A stretch of 64,000 bases of DNA from Pelagomonas calceolata. Taxonomy: Eukaryota. How positions within the stretch are numbered: position 1 is the stretch's first letter; each line of letters starts with the position of its first letter. A program made the translations under genes and the position numbers. The DNA is taken from assembly GCA_918797485.1 (NCBI GenBank), contig CAKKNE010000002.1:3534001-3598000 (forward strand). The letters are read 5' to 3'. Below are positions 49,585 through 61,582 of this stretch, one piece after another. Below the pieces are notes generated by a model, which searched no databases, was not told where the DNA came from, and was given only the letters and a program-made list of their open reading frames with translations.

Positions 49585-49858
49585 CCCGGGCCTATCATGA
49601 TGCCAGCCTCGGAGCCTGAGTCACGGTGACCGTGACTCGGCGGAGCCCGGGCCTGCCACTCAGGCTGGCAGTGAGACTCGGAGTCACGGGGGCTAGTAAA
49701 CTTGAACTTATCATGATAGTCTCGGCCAGACCGCCGCCGGCGTGACTCAGTCTCAGAGTGGTCCGAGTCGTTATAGAGGAATAAAAGTGACCGTGACTCA
49801 AGATGGAAACTTGAACTTGAAGTGACTCGGAAATCATGATCGAAGACGGAGGCCCGGG
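49585..49858. repeat. Dense field of XY-C-rc(XY)-G-XY 8-mers (putative excision scars)
   Basis: cccgggcc 49585, atcatgat 49594, agcctgag 49613, gtcacggt 49620, accgtgac 49629, nested block 49644-49682, aacttgaa 49699, atcatgat 49710, cgccggcg 49735, tccgagtc 49762, accgtgac 49790, aacttgaacttgaa 49808, gactcgga 49824, atcatgat 49833, ggcccggg 49851. Confidence 0.92.
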
Positions 49859-50422
49859 AGGCAAAGCTCCACATCACGCCGCTTGCCTCGCAGCTTATGG
49901 CATCATGATGGAGCCCTTCCTAAGCAGCCTCGGAAGTCGGATATTCCCTAGCAGCCCTATAGAGATATGGAACGATAGGAGATAATTAGTGGATAATTAG
50001 AGGCCGATTTATCCCGTCCGTTGGAGAGATTGGTTTTCGGGCGGGTTTTATCTCGACCTCATACCAGATCTCATACCGCGTCGCAGCAGATTTTTCAGCG
50101 CGAGGCTGCCCGCATGCACCAAACTTTGCACGCAACCCATTATTTTAGCATACGGAAGCTGCGCCTCAGCAAAAGTTTGCCGCCATCGGTCGGCGTGTGG
50201 CTGCCGCCAGTGTACGCTCAATTGCGCCAAAACCTGCCAACGTCGACTATTGCGCTCGACCCCCCTATAAATTTCGAAGTCTCCAAGGAGCCTTAAGCGT
50301 CGCAGGCTAATTCATTCTAATTAGAGCTAAGAGAAGGTAAGGAAGAATGTTACTCCCGGGCCAACGAATTAACCGGCTAGGGGGAAGCCCTTCCCAGGCC
50401 CACGCCTTGAAGCATGTGCTTA

Positions 50423-50980
50423 TTATATATCCACAAGCCCCAGACTAGGGAATCGGGGCGGGGCCTCTGGACTAATTGGCAGGCACATGCGCACGCAAGA
50501 GAGAGGACCGACTGACCCATCCAGGGAGATGAAACTTGCCTCTGCCAGCTTTTGTTGTATGGTAGAATGCTGCTGTGGAACAAGTAAAACTAATCCATGT
50601 AAGGTCAATTTTAAACGAGAAGCACAACACAAAACATCATGCGCCACATGCTGAAGGCATTTCCTAGCCACGCCTCGATAGCGATAAGCATGCAAGGTGC
50701 AGACTCGATCAATGATGGCAGCATTATCATTCACCCGCCAGCGCGCATAACACGCGGGAGCATCTCCATAGGACCCCAAGACGTGTCGTGATTCGCCGTC
50801 AAATTCATCAAATTCGAGCTCTGCTGATACACCCAGTTCGTCAACGTAAGCACGTCGGCGAAGAATCCGGGAAATATCGATGTTATTTCGGTAATGAGGT
50901 TCTTCCATTGTGTTATCAAAAAAGGTAAAGTGCAAGTTTATGTCAGCTGGCTTACGCAAGGTACCATCAATTTCCCGCAT
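50423..50980 (-). CDS. GNAT-family acetyltransferase (ElaA/YjcF-like)
   Basis: LRRRAYVDELGVSAELEFDEFDGESRHVL and IDRVCTLHAYRYRGVARKCL (acetyl-CoA binding motif A). Confidence 0.8.
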   Translation of the reverse strand: MREIDGTLRKPADINLHFTFFDNTMEEPHYRNNIDISRILRRRAYVDELGVSAELEFDEFDGESRHVLGSYGDAPACYARWRVNDNAAIIDRVCTLHAYRYRGVARKCLQHVAHDVLCCASRLKLTLHGLVLLVPQQHSTIQQKLAEASFISLDGSVGPLSCVRMCLPISPEAPPRFPSLGLVDI

Positions 50981-51414
50981 TGAGCTTAAAATAAAGAGAA
51001 CTTTGACGGTGCTATTATGCAGGGGTCCGAGCTTCTTTTCACAAATTTTGCGAGCGCGCTACGAAAGCCATTTGAAAAAAATAGATCTGACTTCATACCT
51101 GGAGTTGCTTCAGTGCCTCCGCATGCCGACCCTGATGGTGAAGTTCGTTGGCACGATCGACAAACGCCTCTACTCCGCGTTTAGCCAATTCCACCTCCTT
51201 GGTCTCTGCCATGTCAAGTTGAAGTCTACCTTCAGGAGCTGTTCATCGCGTCCCGCGTCCCGCGTCCAGCTGGCCAGGCGGGTATAGTCGAGGGGTTCCC
51301 GCGTCCAAGAGCTCTGGGGGCGCGCGAAGGAAACTCTGGTCAAAAACCGGAATATTTATCCTTAGCGGACTCCTGAGCTGCGCGGCGAGCTTCTTCGCCA
51401 AATCGGGAAACTGA

Positions 51415-51645
51415 CTCCGCAGTGGCGTCCTCGGGAGTAAGCGGGAACGCTCGTTTCGCATCGAGGTCGAAGTGGCGCGTCGGGCGGCGTGCGGCACGCG
51501 TCGCGCACGTTTTCGGAACAAGCGAAACCGCAGCGGCACATGCTGCACATGGGTGCGGAAGCGATGCTAGGAGCCGACAGAGTCGCCAAGATCACCGGAA
51601 ACGGTCCGCGCACGGCGAAACACCTGCCGCGCATACGTCGCGGCG
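51415..51645 (-). repeat. Inverted paralog of the 31450-31790 repeat, lacking the MITE and the CCTGAG insertion
   Basis: Reverse complement aligns colinearly with 31450-31790. Confidence 0.9.
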
Positions 51646-52074
51646 GGCGGTGCTCCGACCCAAGTCATCTCTGTCGGTCGCTCACACGGCGCGTATAGAT
51701 GTGCTCGTAAAGCCGCAAGTGGTGGCGTTGCGTACACGCGGACTCATTTTCACTCGTACCTACTAGCGGAACTAGCTCGGTGCGCGACGCGAGCGGCGTC
51801 TCTGCGGATATCGTGGCGGCTAGCCGAGTTTGCGACCCAAAGGCCGGACCTCAACAAAAAAAACCGGAGCGAAAGGCGCTTTTGCGCGCGCACGGGCGAT
51901 TTCGTCGAAACTTGGTCCGGTCGATAAAGCTATGGGAGCTGGGGTACCTAGTACCCATTTTTTTACGAGCAGGAGACAATCTAGGAGACTACAGGAGACT
52001 ATTTTACGGGCCAGGAGACGGGTTTCAAAATAATCCCGGCTTCCCGCGGATGAATTTTCAATTCGGTCAGTGTG

Positions 52075-52475
52075 CCTACAAACTGTGATGATGAATTAAG
52101 CGAATTTGATGCCTCTGCTTCAGATACTTCAGTATTACTGTCTGCTAACAGGAGTGTCAACAGACCCATAACACTAAATGCTGCTGCATCTGGAGTGCTA
52201 CCCTCATTTGATATTATTTTCCATGCGCTTTCAGACGGTTCGATATTCGTGGGTGTTTCAAGTTTATCATCTGTCAAGTTATGCACAGAGCCTGCATCAT
52301 CGTCTGATGACTCATCGTCTGACGACCCAGACAGGTTTGGCAGGGAATTAGTCGAGAAGACTGATTCATCATCCGATTCATCCGATTCGACATATGTAGC
52401 ATGTGCCTATCGCTCTCTTGGGTGATTTCTCTTTGGGTGATTTTGTTTTCTTTTTCTTTTGTTCTCTAGGCATTC
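52075..52475 (-). pseudogene. Acidic, low-complexity coding relic with an in-frame stop (origin unclear; possibly a retroelement fragment)
   Basis: Minus-strand frame reads MPREQKEKKQNHPKRNHPRER*AHATYVESDESDDESVFSTNSLPNLSGSSDDESSDDD...; no family motif recognised. Confidence 0.3.
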
Positions 52476-52814
52476 ACTGTAAAACACTCTACGTCAATAG
52501 GCGAGACCTTGTGGGCCCATAACCTAGCAAGAGTATCATGATGTTGCAGCGTCACGGTCACCGTCAGTGACGGTTATGTCACGGCCCGGGTAACTTGAAA
52601 GTAGCAGGGTCACGGTCCTAGCTCACCAGCCGAGGGCTGGGCCAACCTAACTACGAGAGTGTTTTATAGCAAATTGTTGTTACACCGTAGCGTCAAAGAC
52701 ACTCGCTGTGTATAGACTCAAACTTAGAGAGTGGGAGATACATATCTAGGGTAAGAAGGGCTAGTAGGTTTCTCTCTGGGTAGGTACGTAGGTACCACGG
52801 TAGCGGACAGCACA

Positions 52815-55214
52815 ATGTCAAGATACGATGCCCGGATAATGCCCAATTTCACGCCGACAGTGGACGCGGAGGTAGAGGCGCTTCTGAGACACATGAATTG
52901 CCTCAGCGAGCGGGTCCAGGTAGCTGAGGTAGAGTTGGCCGTAGCTTGCGCAAGCAGCTGCGAGAGATGTGAAAGCTCCGGGATGCCGCGTGCGCACAAG
53001 ATTAATCAACAATGGTCACTTATTTCGGTAGTGGCTGATGGTACAAGCCTTGACAAAGTGAGCCAAGATAGCTTGTCGAGCAAAGTAATGTCAAAGATTG
53101 ACGATGTTGTACTCAAGTTAGACAAAGCACAAAGCAAGCCTGTGGAACAGCAGCAAGGGACGCAATCTGTGGTACAAATTCAAACAATTGTTAGAGGTTG
53201 GCTGTGCCGAAATCATGATATGCTCTGCGCCGCAGTGTTGCAGCAGCTGCGTGATTGGGTTATAGGAGGTATCCACAAAGTCATGCGCTTGGACGTACTT
53301 CGGCAGATGAAAATGGATGAAGTTTCTCGTGATTGCACTACTGAGCGTAATGTAAAACTTGTTCAGGGTTGCTTCAAGGCATGGCATTCTGGGACCCTTT
53401 CAAAACGAGAGCAGGTCAACTACATTAGCTCTGCCATTATTACTGCAATCGCAAAACGCGAAGCGCGAATGTTGCGAACTGTTCTCAGAGCTTGGTATTG
53501 CGACTGCAAAGGGCCTCGTTCAAAGCGAAGCTGCCAACACCGCCGTACTGAAATGCTCCGTGCCGCTCGTCACCGCATCAAAACCCGAGAAAAAAACATT
53601 TTGGCAAGGAACCTAGTAGGGTGCCTTATTATTACAAACAACATGATTGCATCTGAGCTGAGCCGGACCATCCACCACGCTGCGAAAAAAAGACAAGTTT
53701 GGTGGCGATTGCACCATCACTTTCGGGCATTGAAGCAATTGCTAAAAGTCAAAGCCTCCATGCGTCGACTGGCCAGCACGCATCATCGAAGAGTGATGTA
53801 TTCCCACTTTTTCTACCCGTGGACAGAACATCTGCATGCATCATCAAATGCCACACTTGATCGCGCTCGTTGGCCCAAGCCAAGATGCTATCAGCCGCGA
53901 TACTCACAAAAACTTGTCAAACAGTTTGCTCAGGTTTTCATTCGCAAACATATTGTTGGGCCCTGTTGGAAACACTGGTATGCGTACTATAGGGCACGGA
54001 CATCCCAGCACGCACTACAAGCATGTGCTGCTCAACGTAGCCTTCTTGCCCACTGGTCACACTGGCGTAGGGCAGCTGCTCATCGGCGCAAGCTAAGATC
54101 ACTCAGTGTGAGTATATGGCAGGAAACAAGTCACCAGCTTCTCAGTAGGCCCCTCCGAGCTTGGTATACGCACAGCCGCAAAGTACGCTCCCGTCGGAGA
54201 GCTCAGAATCGCCTCGTGACAGCACATGTATGCGCACGAAATCGCCGACTTAGGCTCAGGTTTATGCGTGGATGGCATCACCAGGCCGTCTATGGTCGTG
54301 TCGAAGGATTGTATACGCGAGCCGAGCTTGTGCGGTCCTTAGCCGAGTTACAAGCCCACGCACGAAGGCTCGAGACACGTGGCGAGTTTTATGGTGTTAC
54401 TTGCGAAGAAGCTTTTAAGCAGCTGGAGGATGAGCGTGATTGGGCTAGTCGCGCAGCGACTCGTTTAAACGACCGCGAGATCCATGCTAGACGGTTGACC
54501 CTAGCCATGCATCATGCCCAGGCTGAAATTGATCGTATTGGTTCCGCAATAAAATGTACTGCTAAGCTTCACCCAGCTGCAGTGCGCAGAGCAATAGTAG
54601 ACGCTGCATGTCTGCAAACAACCGACGATGCCGGGGCTATTAAGACTAAAGCAACGGACCGATTGCCTGAACTTCCATTTAAACCGGAATTTGGGCTGGC
54701 TCGCGAAGCAGGACTTTTTGCCAGCGACGCTGTTGGCACAAAGAAGAAAGTTGATAATATTAAACAAGCAGGCAGTCAAATCATCAAGGAGCAAGATTTT
54801 GTTGATGTGGATCTAGAATACCTTATGCTTAGACTGCGCTTTGTTCTTGCCCAAGCCTCTACTGACTTTCGCAGCTTTAAACATTTTGGGGGTAAACTTC
54901 TCTATGTCCCTAATAAATGTAGATACCCATCATCTCGAGACGATGAGGCTTATAAAGCTGTTCTAGAAATAGCCAGAGACATCGAGGCGGGTTGGCATTT
55001 GTGGAATTTTCTGATACACGGCGATGTGTCGACACTCAGCAACAAACATGCTGTTGCTTGGAAGGTATTGGAGGGAACCATCGTTGACATTGATGCTAGA
55101 TGGACTTCACTGAAAGGCACCACCATGAATGGGCACGAGCGACTTCCAATCTGGAGCGAATTTTGCCATGCTCTTTTGTTACTGCCTTTCGAGTCACAGC
55201 TAATACCCACATGA
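52815..55214 (+). CDS. IQ plus Sfi1-like Trp-repeat coiled-coil protein (possible centrin/calmodulin binder)
   Basis: IQTIVRGWL, then regularly spaced CFKAWH, VLRAWY, FFYPWT, CWKHWY, HWSHWR, PLRAWY and FMRGWH. Open frame of 799 aa. Confidence 0.65.
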   Translation: MSRYDARIMPNFTPTVDAEVEALLRHMNCLSERVQVAEVELAVACASSCERCESSGMPRAHKINQQWSLISVVADGTSLDKVSQDSLSSKVMSKIDDVVLKLDKAQSKPVEQQQGTQSVVQIQTIVRGWLCRNHDMLCAAVLQQLRDWVIGGIHKVMRLDVLRQMKMDEVSRDCTTERNVKLVQGCFKAWHSGTLSKREQVNYISSAIITAIAKREARMLRTVLRAWYCDCKGPRSKRSCQHRRTEMLRAARHRIKTREKNILARNLVGCLIITNNMIASELSRTIHHAAKKRQVWWRLHHHFRALKQLLKVKASMRRLASTHHRRVMYSHFFYPWTEHLHASSNATLDRARWPKPRCYQPRYSQKLVKQFAQVFIRKHIVGPCWKHWYAYYRARTSQHALQACAAQRSLLAHWSHWRRAAAHRRKLRSLSVSIWQETSHQLLSRPLRAWYTHSRKVRSRRRAQNRLVTAHVCARNRRLRLRFMRGWHHQAVYGRVEGLYTRAELVRSLAELQAHARRLETRGEFYGVTCEEAFKQLEDERDWASRAATRLNDREIHARRLTLAMHHAQAEIDRIGSAIKCTAKLHPAAVRRAIVDAACLQTTDDAGAIKTKATDRLPELPFKPEFGLAREAGLFASDAVGTKKKVDNIKQAGSQIIKEQDFVDVDLEYLMLRLRFVLAQASTDFRSFKHFGGKLLYVPNKCRYPSSRDDEAYKAVLEIARDIEAGWHLWNFLIHGDVSTLSNKHAVAWKVLEGTIVDIDARWTSLKGTTMNGHERLPIWSEFCHALLLLPFESQLIPT

Positions 55215-55923
55215 GCACCCGGATGGGCAAGGGCTCGACGGGCACCAAGGCTCGACGCCCATCCGCTCGCCCGAAAAGGGTTTACTAGCTTGTATTTAAA
55301 ACCGCCCAGACAGTTGAGTGCTCTTCAAGTTTACAAGCGTCTTCAAGTTACCGCCGTGACCGTGACTATGTAATCTACTATGTATTATCAGTCCGGTTGG
55401 GCATCCTGACCGAGCAGGGTGAAGGCCCTTAGAGCATTTTCCTTTTTTTAGGTCTTCCTTTATTTATTATTTATTTATTCAGCCCGTGTACCCGTTTAAT
55501 GATTCAAGTTTAGCCCGGATCTCCCTCGCCGAGTCTCCCGAGGGGTTACCGTGACAAGAGGGGTGTTCACAGGCAAGTGACTGGCACGGGTGATCTGCAG
55601 CCTAGACTCGGACCTGCAGTGCAGCGCAGCAGCGCTCTGCCTTGTGCTCCCCAAGGCGGTTATTATAGACGGTCAACCCGGTAGCACGCAATCGGGCGGC
55701 GGCTAGTATGCAAGATTGAAGTCTCTCTTTTCTACCCTCAATGCATCAAAGACCTTCCAAAATAGTCCAGGCTTGCGAGTCATGAAGAAGCTATTGCCTG
55801 ATGTAGTCTGACGGCAGGAAGTATTATAGTTCCATGAACTAGAACCAACAGTTGACAGAAGTGTCCAACTTGGATTGGGTCCAGTAATAATTGCCATCAC
55901 TCGTTCTGGCCAAAATTCCTTCG

Positions 55924-58480
55924 TTACCTCAGTCGGCGAAGACGTCGACCTTTGTCCAACTCTGTAAATTCCATGCGATTGCTCATGATTTTGAGTGCCC
56001 GGCGCAATGCGAAATCAGCATGGCCAAGAGCAACGCCTTCGTCTAGAACAAGCAACATTTTGGCATCGGTACCAACAGGCACACGTTGCTTTAGAAATTG
56101 CTCCGCGTTCTGAATTTGGAGACGCTCCTCATCACCAAGGAATCTCATCTCAACTCCAACCGTCTGTGGAGCAGCGGATGCAGCAGCCATAGTCGACACC
56201 TTGAATAATCGAAGTGCTTCGTGGACGTCTCGGGACTGCACGGTTGCTTCGAGACGCATCTTCGCCAAGGATTCGGCGATTCGCACAAGTGCCTCTAGCT
56301 GACGTACAGTCACGGGCACCTAAGGTGGCATAAAGATAATATTTGCCTTCGATTTTGCACACTGCAATGTGCAGCTTGGTGTCTTTGTCCACCGGTGCAG
56401 TCCCCTTGCCGTTTTACAACTTCGCGAATAGAAACATACTCTGATGAAAGCAAGGCCTACATCAAAAATTACTATTGCTTGCATGTGAAATCAAACCCTG
56501 TAAAAATGCAGCTGTTTCACTATTCAGGCGCGGAGAGGACTTTGTGCGACAGTAAGCAACATAATCCCTCAATAACTTGAGCTCGAGAATGCTATCAGCT
56601 GCGTTGTTCAGACTCGTTTGTGGGTCTGCTGAAGCCTGGACGACTCCAGCTGTGTTTGAAGCCTTCATGTGAACGCCCATGACGTGCTTAGCTATGGAGA
56701 GGTCGCGGCCTTCATCTCGGATGTCTCTGACAATGAAAATGCAGTCAAAGCGCGAAAGAATCGTTGACATCATGTCTATATTCTCTGCGGCAGAACGAAG
56801 ATCATCGTAACGACCATATACTGGATTAGCTGCAGCAAGAACAGATGTGCGAGAGTTGAGCACTGTTGTGATGCCAGCTTTAGCAATAGATATCGTCTGC
56901 TGCTCCATAGCTTCGTGAATTGCAACTCGGTCTGTCTCGCGCATCTTATCGAATTCGTCAATACAGCATATACCTCCATCCGCCAAAACCATAGCGCCAC
57001 CTTCAAGGAAAAATTCTCGATTTTTATCTCGAATAACTGATGCTGTCAAACCAGCAGCTGAAGAACCCTTACCAGATGTATATACACCAACGGGAGCAAC
57101 CTTCTCCACAAACTTTAGGAACTGGGATTTGGCGGTTGAAGGATCGCCCAGGAGCAAAACATTAATGTCACCACGTAACTTGACCCCGTCTGGCAGCGTT
57201 TTCTTGCATCCACCCATAAGCTGGCACGCCAACGCCTTTTTTATATCCAAAGTATATTCACCTTGAATACTGGGAGCTATAGATGCAGCCAAAAGCCTGT
57301 ATATATCAGACCGCCGCGAAAGTTCCACAAAGCGGTCCTCCTCGGCAGGACTAAAATGCCGAGATTTGTTCCCATGACCATCCACGTTGAAATCGATTCC
57401 TACCACCTTTATATAAGGCAAGCGAATTGCGGCAACTGCAGCATCGGGATTCTGAGGTTTGTCTGCGCGTTCAAAGAGAGACAAAACACCAAGGATTGAT
57501 ACTCGAGCTCCAGGAGCTGCAATGTCGACTAAGCCCCTTTCTACCACCACAAGAGTAGATCGTGGCATCTCACCCGCAGGGACAGTCTCTGGTGCTTCCT
57601 GCAGCTTCAATGTTTGTTGATCTGTGTACCTAGATGTAGACTGCTCAGGCAGCACCAATCAAACAAGACATTTCCACATACGAACAATCGTCTGGTAAGA
57701 TTACGTAAGGGGTAGACCCACAATCTGTCTGACTAACACTATTGCATTTTATTGGTAGCGATGCAGTTGAGAAGGTACCTCTACAGTCCAGAGAATCTCG
57801 CTTTCCGCAACGCGAGCACCTACATTATGATGCATCAAACAAAGTGCCATATTTAATAGAAACACGTCTGTCACTGAATCTCAATTCGAGCTGCCTTCGA
57901 TTTGACCTTGGATGAACCTATAAAAAGTAGTCAGTTGCCCCAAATTTGGTTCGCAATCCACGGTGCATGCACACTAACAATGATCCCTGAAACCTTTATG
58001 AGTTTCCCCACGTGGTCTGCAGCAAGTAAACGTAGTGGGGTTGCAAGTTGTGTTGATTTCAGTGCTATCTGCACCCCAATACTTCGATTACCTAAGCGAA
58101 TGACTTACACCTGTCAATTTTCTGCACTGGGGCGAACATGGTGTATTGCTAAGGACTGCCCTACGCAGCACGTCATTGGCCGCAGCTTCAAAAAGATCCA
58201 GTTGATCCTCTGGTGACTTTTGAAGCGATGTCAGTAGTGCCCCATCAAATAATCCCAGTTCAGAAAGCTCCACAGTAATTGTCAACTCACCGCGCCTAAG
58301 TTTGGTGAATTCAGCATGACTATCATAATGGGCGCCGTCGCGACCGATGATGTTGTATCAATAGTTCGCGATACCTAAAAGGCCAAATAGGAGATGGTAG
58401 TACACGGACGCCGCTTTCTGCTTGAAGACCGAGTCTGCCCGAAAGTTGCGCAGGAAGTCAGCATATCTCTTTTGCATCAT
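55924..58480 (-). CDS. MCM5: Replicative helicase subunit MCM5, multi-exon (5' exons approximate)
   Basis: [82 protein letters not shown] and [20 protein letters not shown]. Introns 57630-57681, 56457-56509 and 56320-56372. Confidence 0.95.
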
Positions 58481-58547
58481 CTCTGGGGCTCCGGGACAGT
58501 AATTCCCTAGCCCAGGTCATCTAGATTAGGCCCTAGTGTGTGACATA

Positions 58548-58973
58548 GGCCCCAAAGATAGACGCAGACACTTACCAAACATTCGCTTCTCCCCTCCGAG
58601 AGGCCTCCAAACACTTGCCAACACGTCCCAAACACTTGCCCAAACACTTGAATTTAGTTGAAAACACTTGCGCGCCGCAGTACCCGCACGCGCGCCGACT
58701 GCCCCGGCCCGGGCCCGGCCCTATCAGCGCCCCTGAGCCTGCCACCGCTGCAACATATAGCCACCAACGACGTGCCTTAGGCCGAACGCAGCCCTATACG
58801 CCGGGATATTCTGGTTTGTACTCCTTTTAGCCCGGGCCCCCTTTGTACCTACTAGAACCCACTAGAACCAGCCCAAACACTTACAGTTTCGTCCAAACAC
58901 TCACGTCAACACAGATTCGGGCCCAAACACTTACCAAACACTCGCCAAAAGGTCTTGCGTCCTACCCTGGGCC
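58548..58973. mobile_element. Degenerate MITE-like element with subterminal CCAAACACT repeat clusters
   Basis: Left end ggccccaaagatagacgcagac resembles the reverse complement of right end gtcttgcgtcctaccctgggcc. ccaaacac(t) is repeated at 58576-58670 and 58873-58943; catag occurs at both junctions. Confidence 0.6.
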
Positions 58974-59372
58974 CCATAGTGACGTCCATAGTGCTATATC
59001 GCAGTCGCTATCGGGATGATAGTTTCAAGTCAGACACATGGTGCCTCTTTGGGCAACAATTGGTGGGTTTAGGAAACTAGAAAAGGGCATTTGCAGTCCT
59101 CTCTCTCTCTATGTGCTGCGCAGCGGCACCAGCCAGTAGACAGACCGCAATACTGGTGCCACTAGCGCTTGATGGGAGATATGCCGACAGGCCACGAACA
59201 AGCGTCCCCGTACTGCTCAAGGTAGGTATGTCTATGAGGCCGCCACAAACCACGGAGAATTCTAGAAAGGCGATAAGTGTATCCGACGGTCTGTTCTTGC
59301 GTATTCAGCTTCACATCTTGGGTTACTTTGGCGTCAATTAACGTTCAAAAGGACACGCTCTCTTATCTTAAC

Positions 59373-61582
59373 CTAGTTATCTGGCTTGGGCGTGTTGAGA
59401 GGAAGCCCGTAAAGTCCACCAGAATAGTCAACTTTATGAGACGCGCAAAGTAATTCTAGGATTCTTGATAATTCCCTTGGTGATAGGTCATAGACTGTGT
59501 TTTGGCTGTGCATTATATTTCGAAGTAGGCGGTGGAGCCTTGGAAGTGTCAATTTGCCAAAATTCGAAAGAGCACCAATAATGAATGGGTAAAAGAAATT
59601 CTTATTGTCATCATAATGCGCCCCTTGATTAGCAAGATCAGTGTGGTCAGAACCATTTTCTTCAGAAATAGTGTCAGAATTTGAATGCTGCTGAAATTGG
59701 GACGACACAGAGTAGAGTCCTGATAATCGCTCTTCTATTACCCCGTGATTGACCCAAAAAGCCACGGTACTCTTCACACGGTGGATAGGTAAACTAGTTG
59801 TGGAAGCTAGATCGTGTAAGTTTCTACTATCATATCCATGAAAATGCAAGATAAGAATAGCATGGATTGGAGACACAACGAAAACTTTTCTATCACCAGA
59901 ATCCAAATCGAGCTCTAATTGGGCGCGGCCTGTCTCCTTCAACCAAACTAGTTTTCTTGGAGTTTTGAGCGTGTTGTACATGTTGGCGAATGATTCTAGC
60001 GCAGAGTTCACACGCCTAATTGCACTATCTAAACAAGATACCTATTGGGCTGCCAGACAGACAGCAAAACGGCAAGCCACGCTGAAGCTAGCCGATGAAT
60101 AGTCAGCGCACAATTAGAAAGTTCAGGCCAAAATACCTGAGAAATTACGGTGACCCGAAGGTAATCACAGGGAGCTCGTTGATTCAACCTCGTGGAATCT
60201 TCTACATCACGCAACATAATTTCACAATGATGGAGTAAGGCATCACCAAAGCGTAGCTTTAGTAGTTCCAGATTCTTCACTTCTTGTGTGGTTTCGTGCA
60301 TATTAAGTTTTGTCAGTACCCTGCGATAAAAATGTCCACAAAAACACTTACGATGTCCTTACTTATCAGCTAGCATCTGCCGATACTCGTCTACAAATAT
60401 TTCTCTTGTTCCATAAATGGATATCAACATAGACAGGATGTCTCGCATTGTTTTCGGAATCGCATTTTGACAATTACTTGGATTTGGAACCCAATCTTCC
60501 CCTGGACTGTCGTGATTCTCATTATCAGAGTCGCAAGAGCCAAGTACCATAGATTTTGACCGATGGAGCTCCTCATATAGCTCGCCAGAGAGCTCATCAG
60601 TGAGATTGGCTACGATGCAACGAACCGTGTCCTTGCGATGTTGTAAATATTGTCTCACAGGCATAGTCACAGTATCAAGAAGAATACGACGGGGATCTAA
60701 GATACGAAGCACTTTAATGGTAGATATATACATTTCTATAATTTGCGAGGTGTTTGCTCCCAAGTGGAGCAGCCTGCGACAAAGTGTCAATCGAAGCGAA
60801 CGGGCCAAGAAATGATGTTGCCGCGTGCGAGACAGCGCGTTGCAAAGCTCAACAACAGCGCATGCAGACTCTGGAAACTCGGCGATGATGTCGTAAAACT
60901 GTTTGACACGAGCACTAACGTATGTCTCAACCACAACGAGGTCCACCAGTCGCCCAAGTGCCGCTTCAGTATGCCTTTCAAACTTAGATGATAAGCTATT
61001 ACGATCAATTGCAATTAGCCAAGGCAGCACTGTTGATTTTTTCCACCTCTCCAGTATATGAAGCATGGGAGTATCATACCTCTCAGCACAAATATCAAAC
61101 ACACAACGATCAATACCTTCGTAGAAGACCTTGTGTATTGTTTCTCTGAAAAAATGATACCAACCAAGAAAGTGGACGTTCGTCCAAAAAGAAGAAAAGG
61201 CAAGGAACTGATTGATACTTTTGACAGCCTCAGCGTTATCACACTTAAAAAAAGAGCCATGCGCCCTCATCAAGGAGGTTGTAAGGACAGTTTCGATGCA
61301 CCTAACGAATCCTGTAGGCGCACGAGACAGTATCAAAGCAGAGAAGTAGTCACGTGTTGCTAAATGTTGTATTTCTTCAGTTGTAATCAGCGTCTTTAGC
61401 GCTTCACATGCCCCATCAGTAGCACGGATAATCTCCTTTGCTAACTGCTTTAAGGTGCAGCTGCCATCGTCGAAATTGACGCTAAGCCAAAATATAGACG
61501 CAGCGCGTTCGGCGTAGCTATATCTTTTGCCGCCGGCCAGGTTGTTCCAATCTGATTGAGATTTTTCGGCATACACCACCAT
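59373..61582 (-). CDS. ANAPC2: Anaphase-promoting complex subunit 2 (cullin-like), 3 exons
   Basis: RRLLHLGANTSQII, YLQHRKDTVRCIV, DWVPNP, LISIYGTREIFVDEYRQMLA, ELLKLRFG...CEIMLRDV and YNTLKTPRKLVW. Confidence 0.92.

Noticed and set aside
58576..58943. CCAAACACT clusters as a CRISPR or telomere array
   Set aside because: Units are 8-10 bp, irregularly spaced and enclosed by inverted ends; better explained as subterminal repeats.
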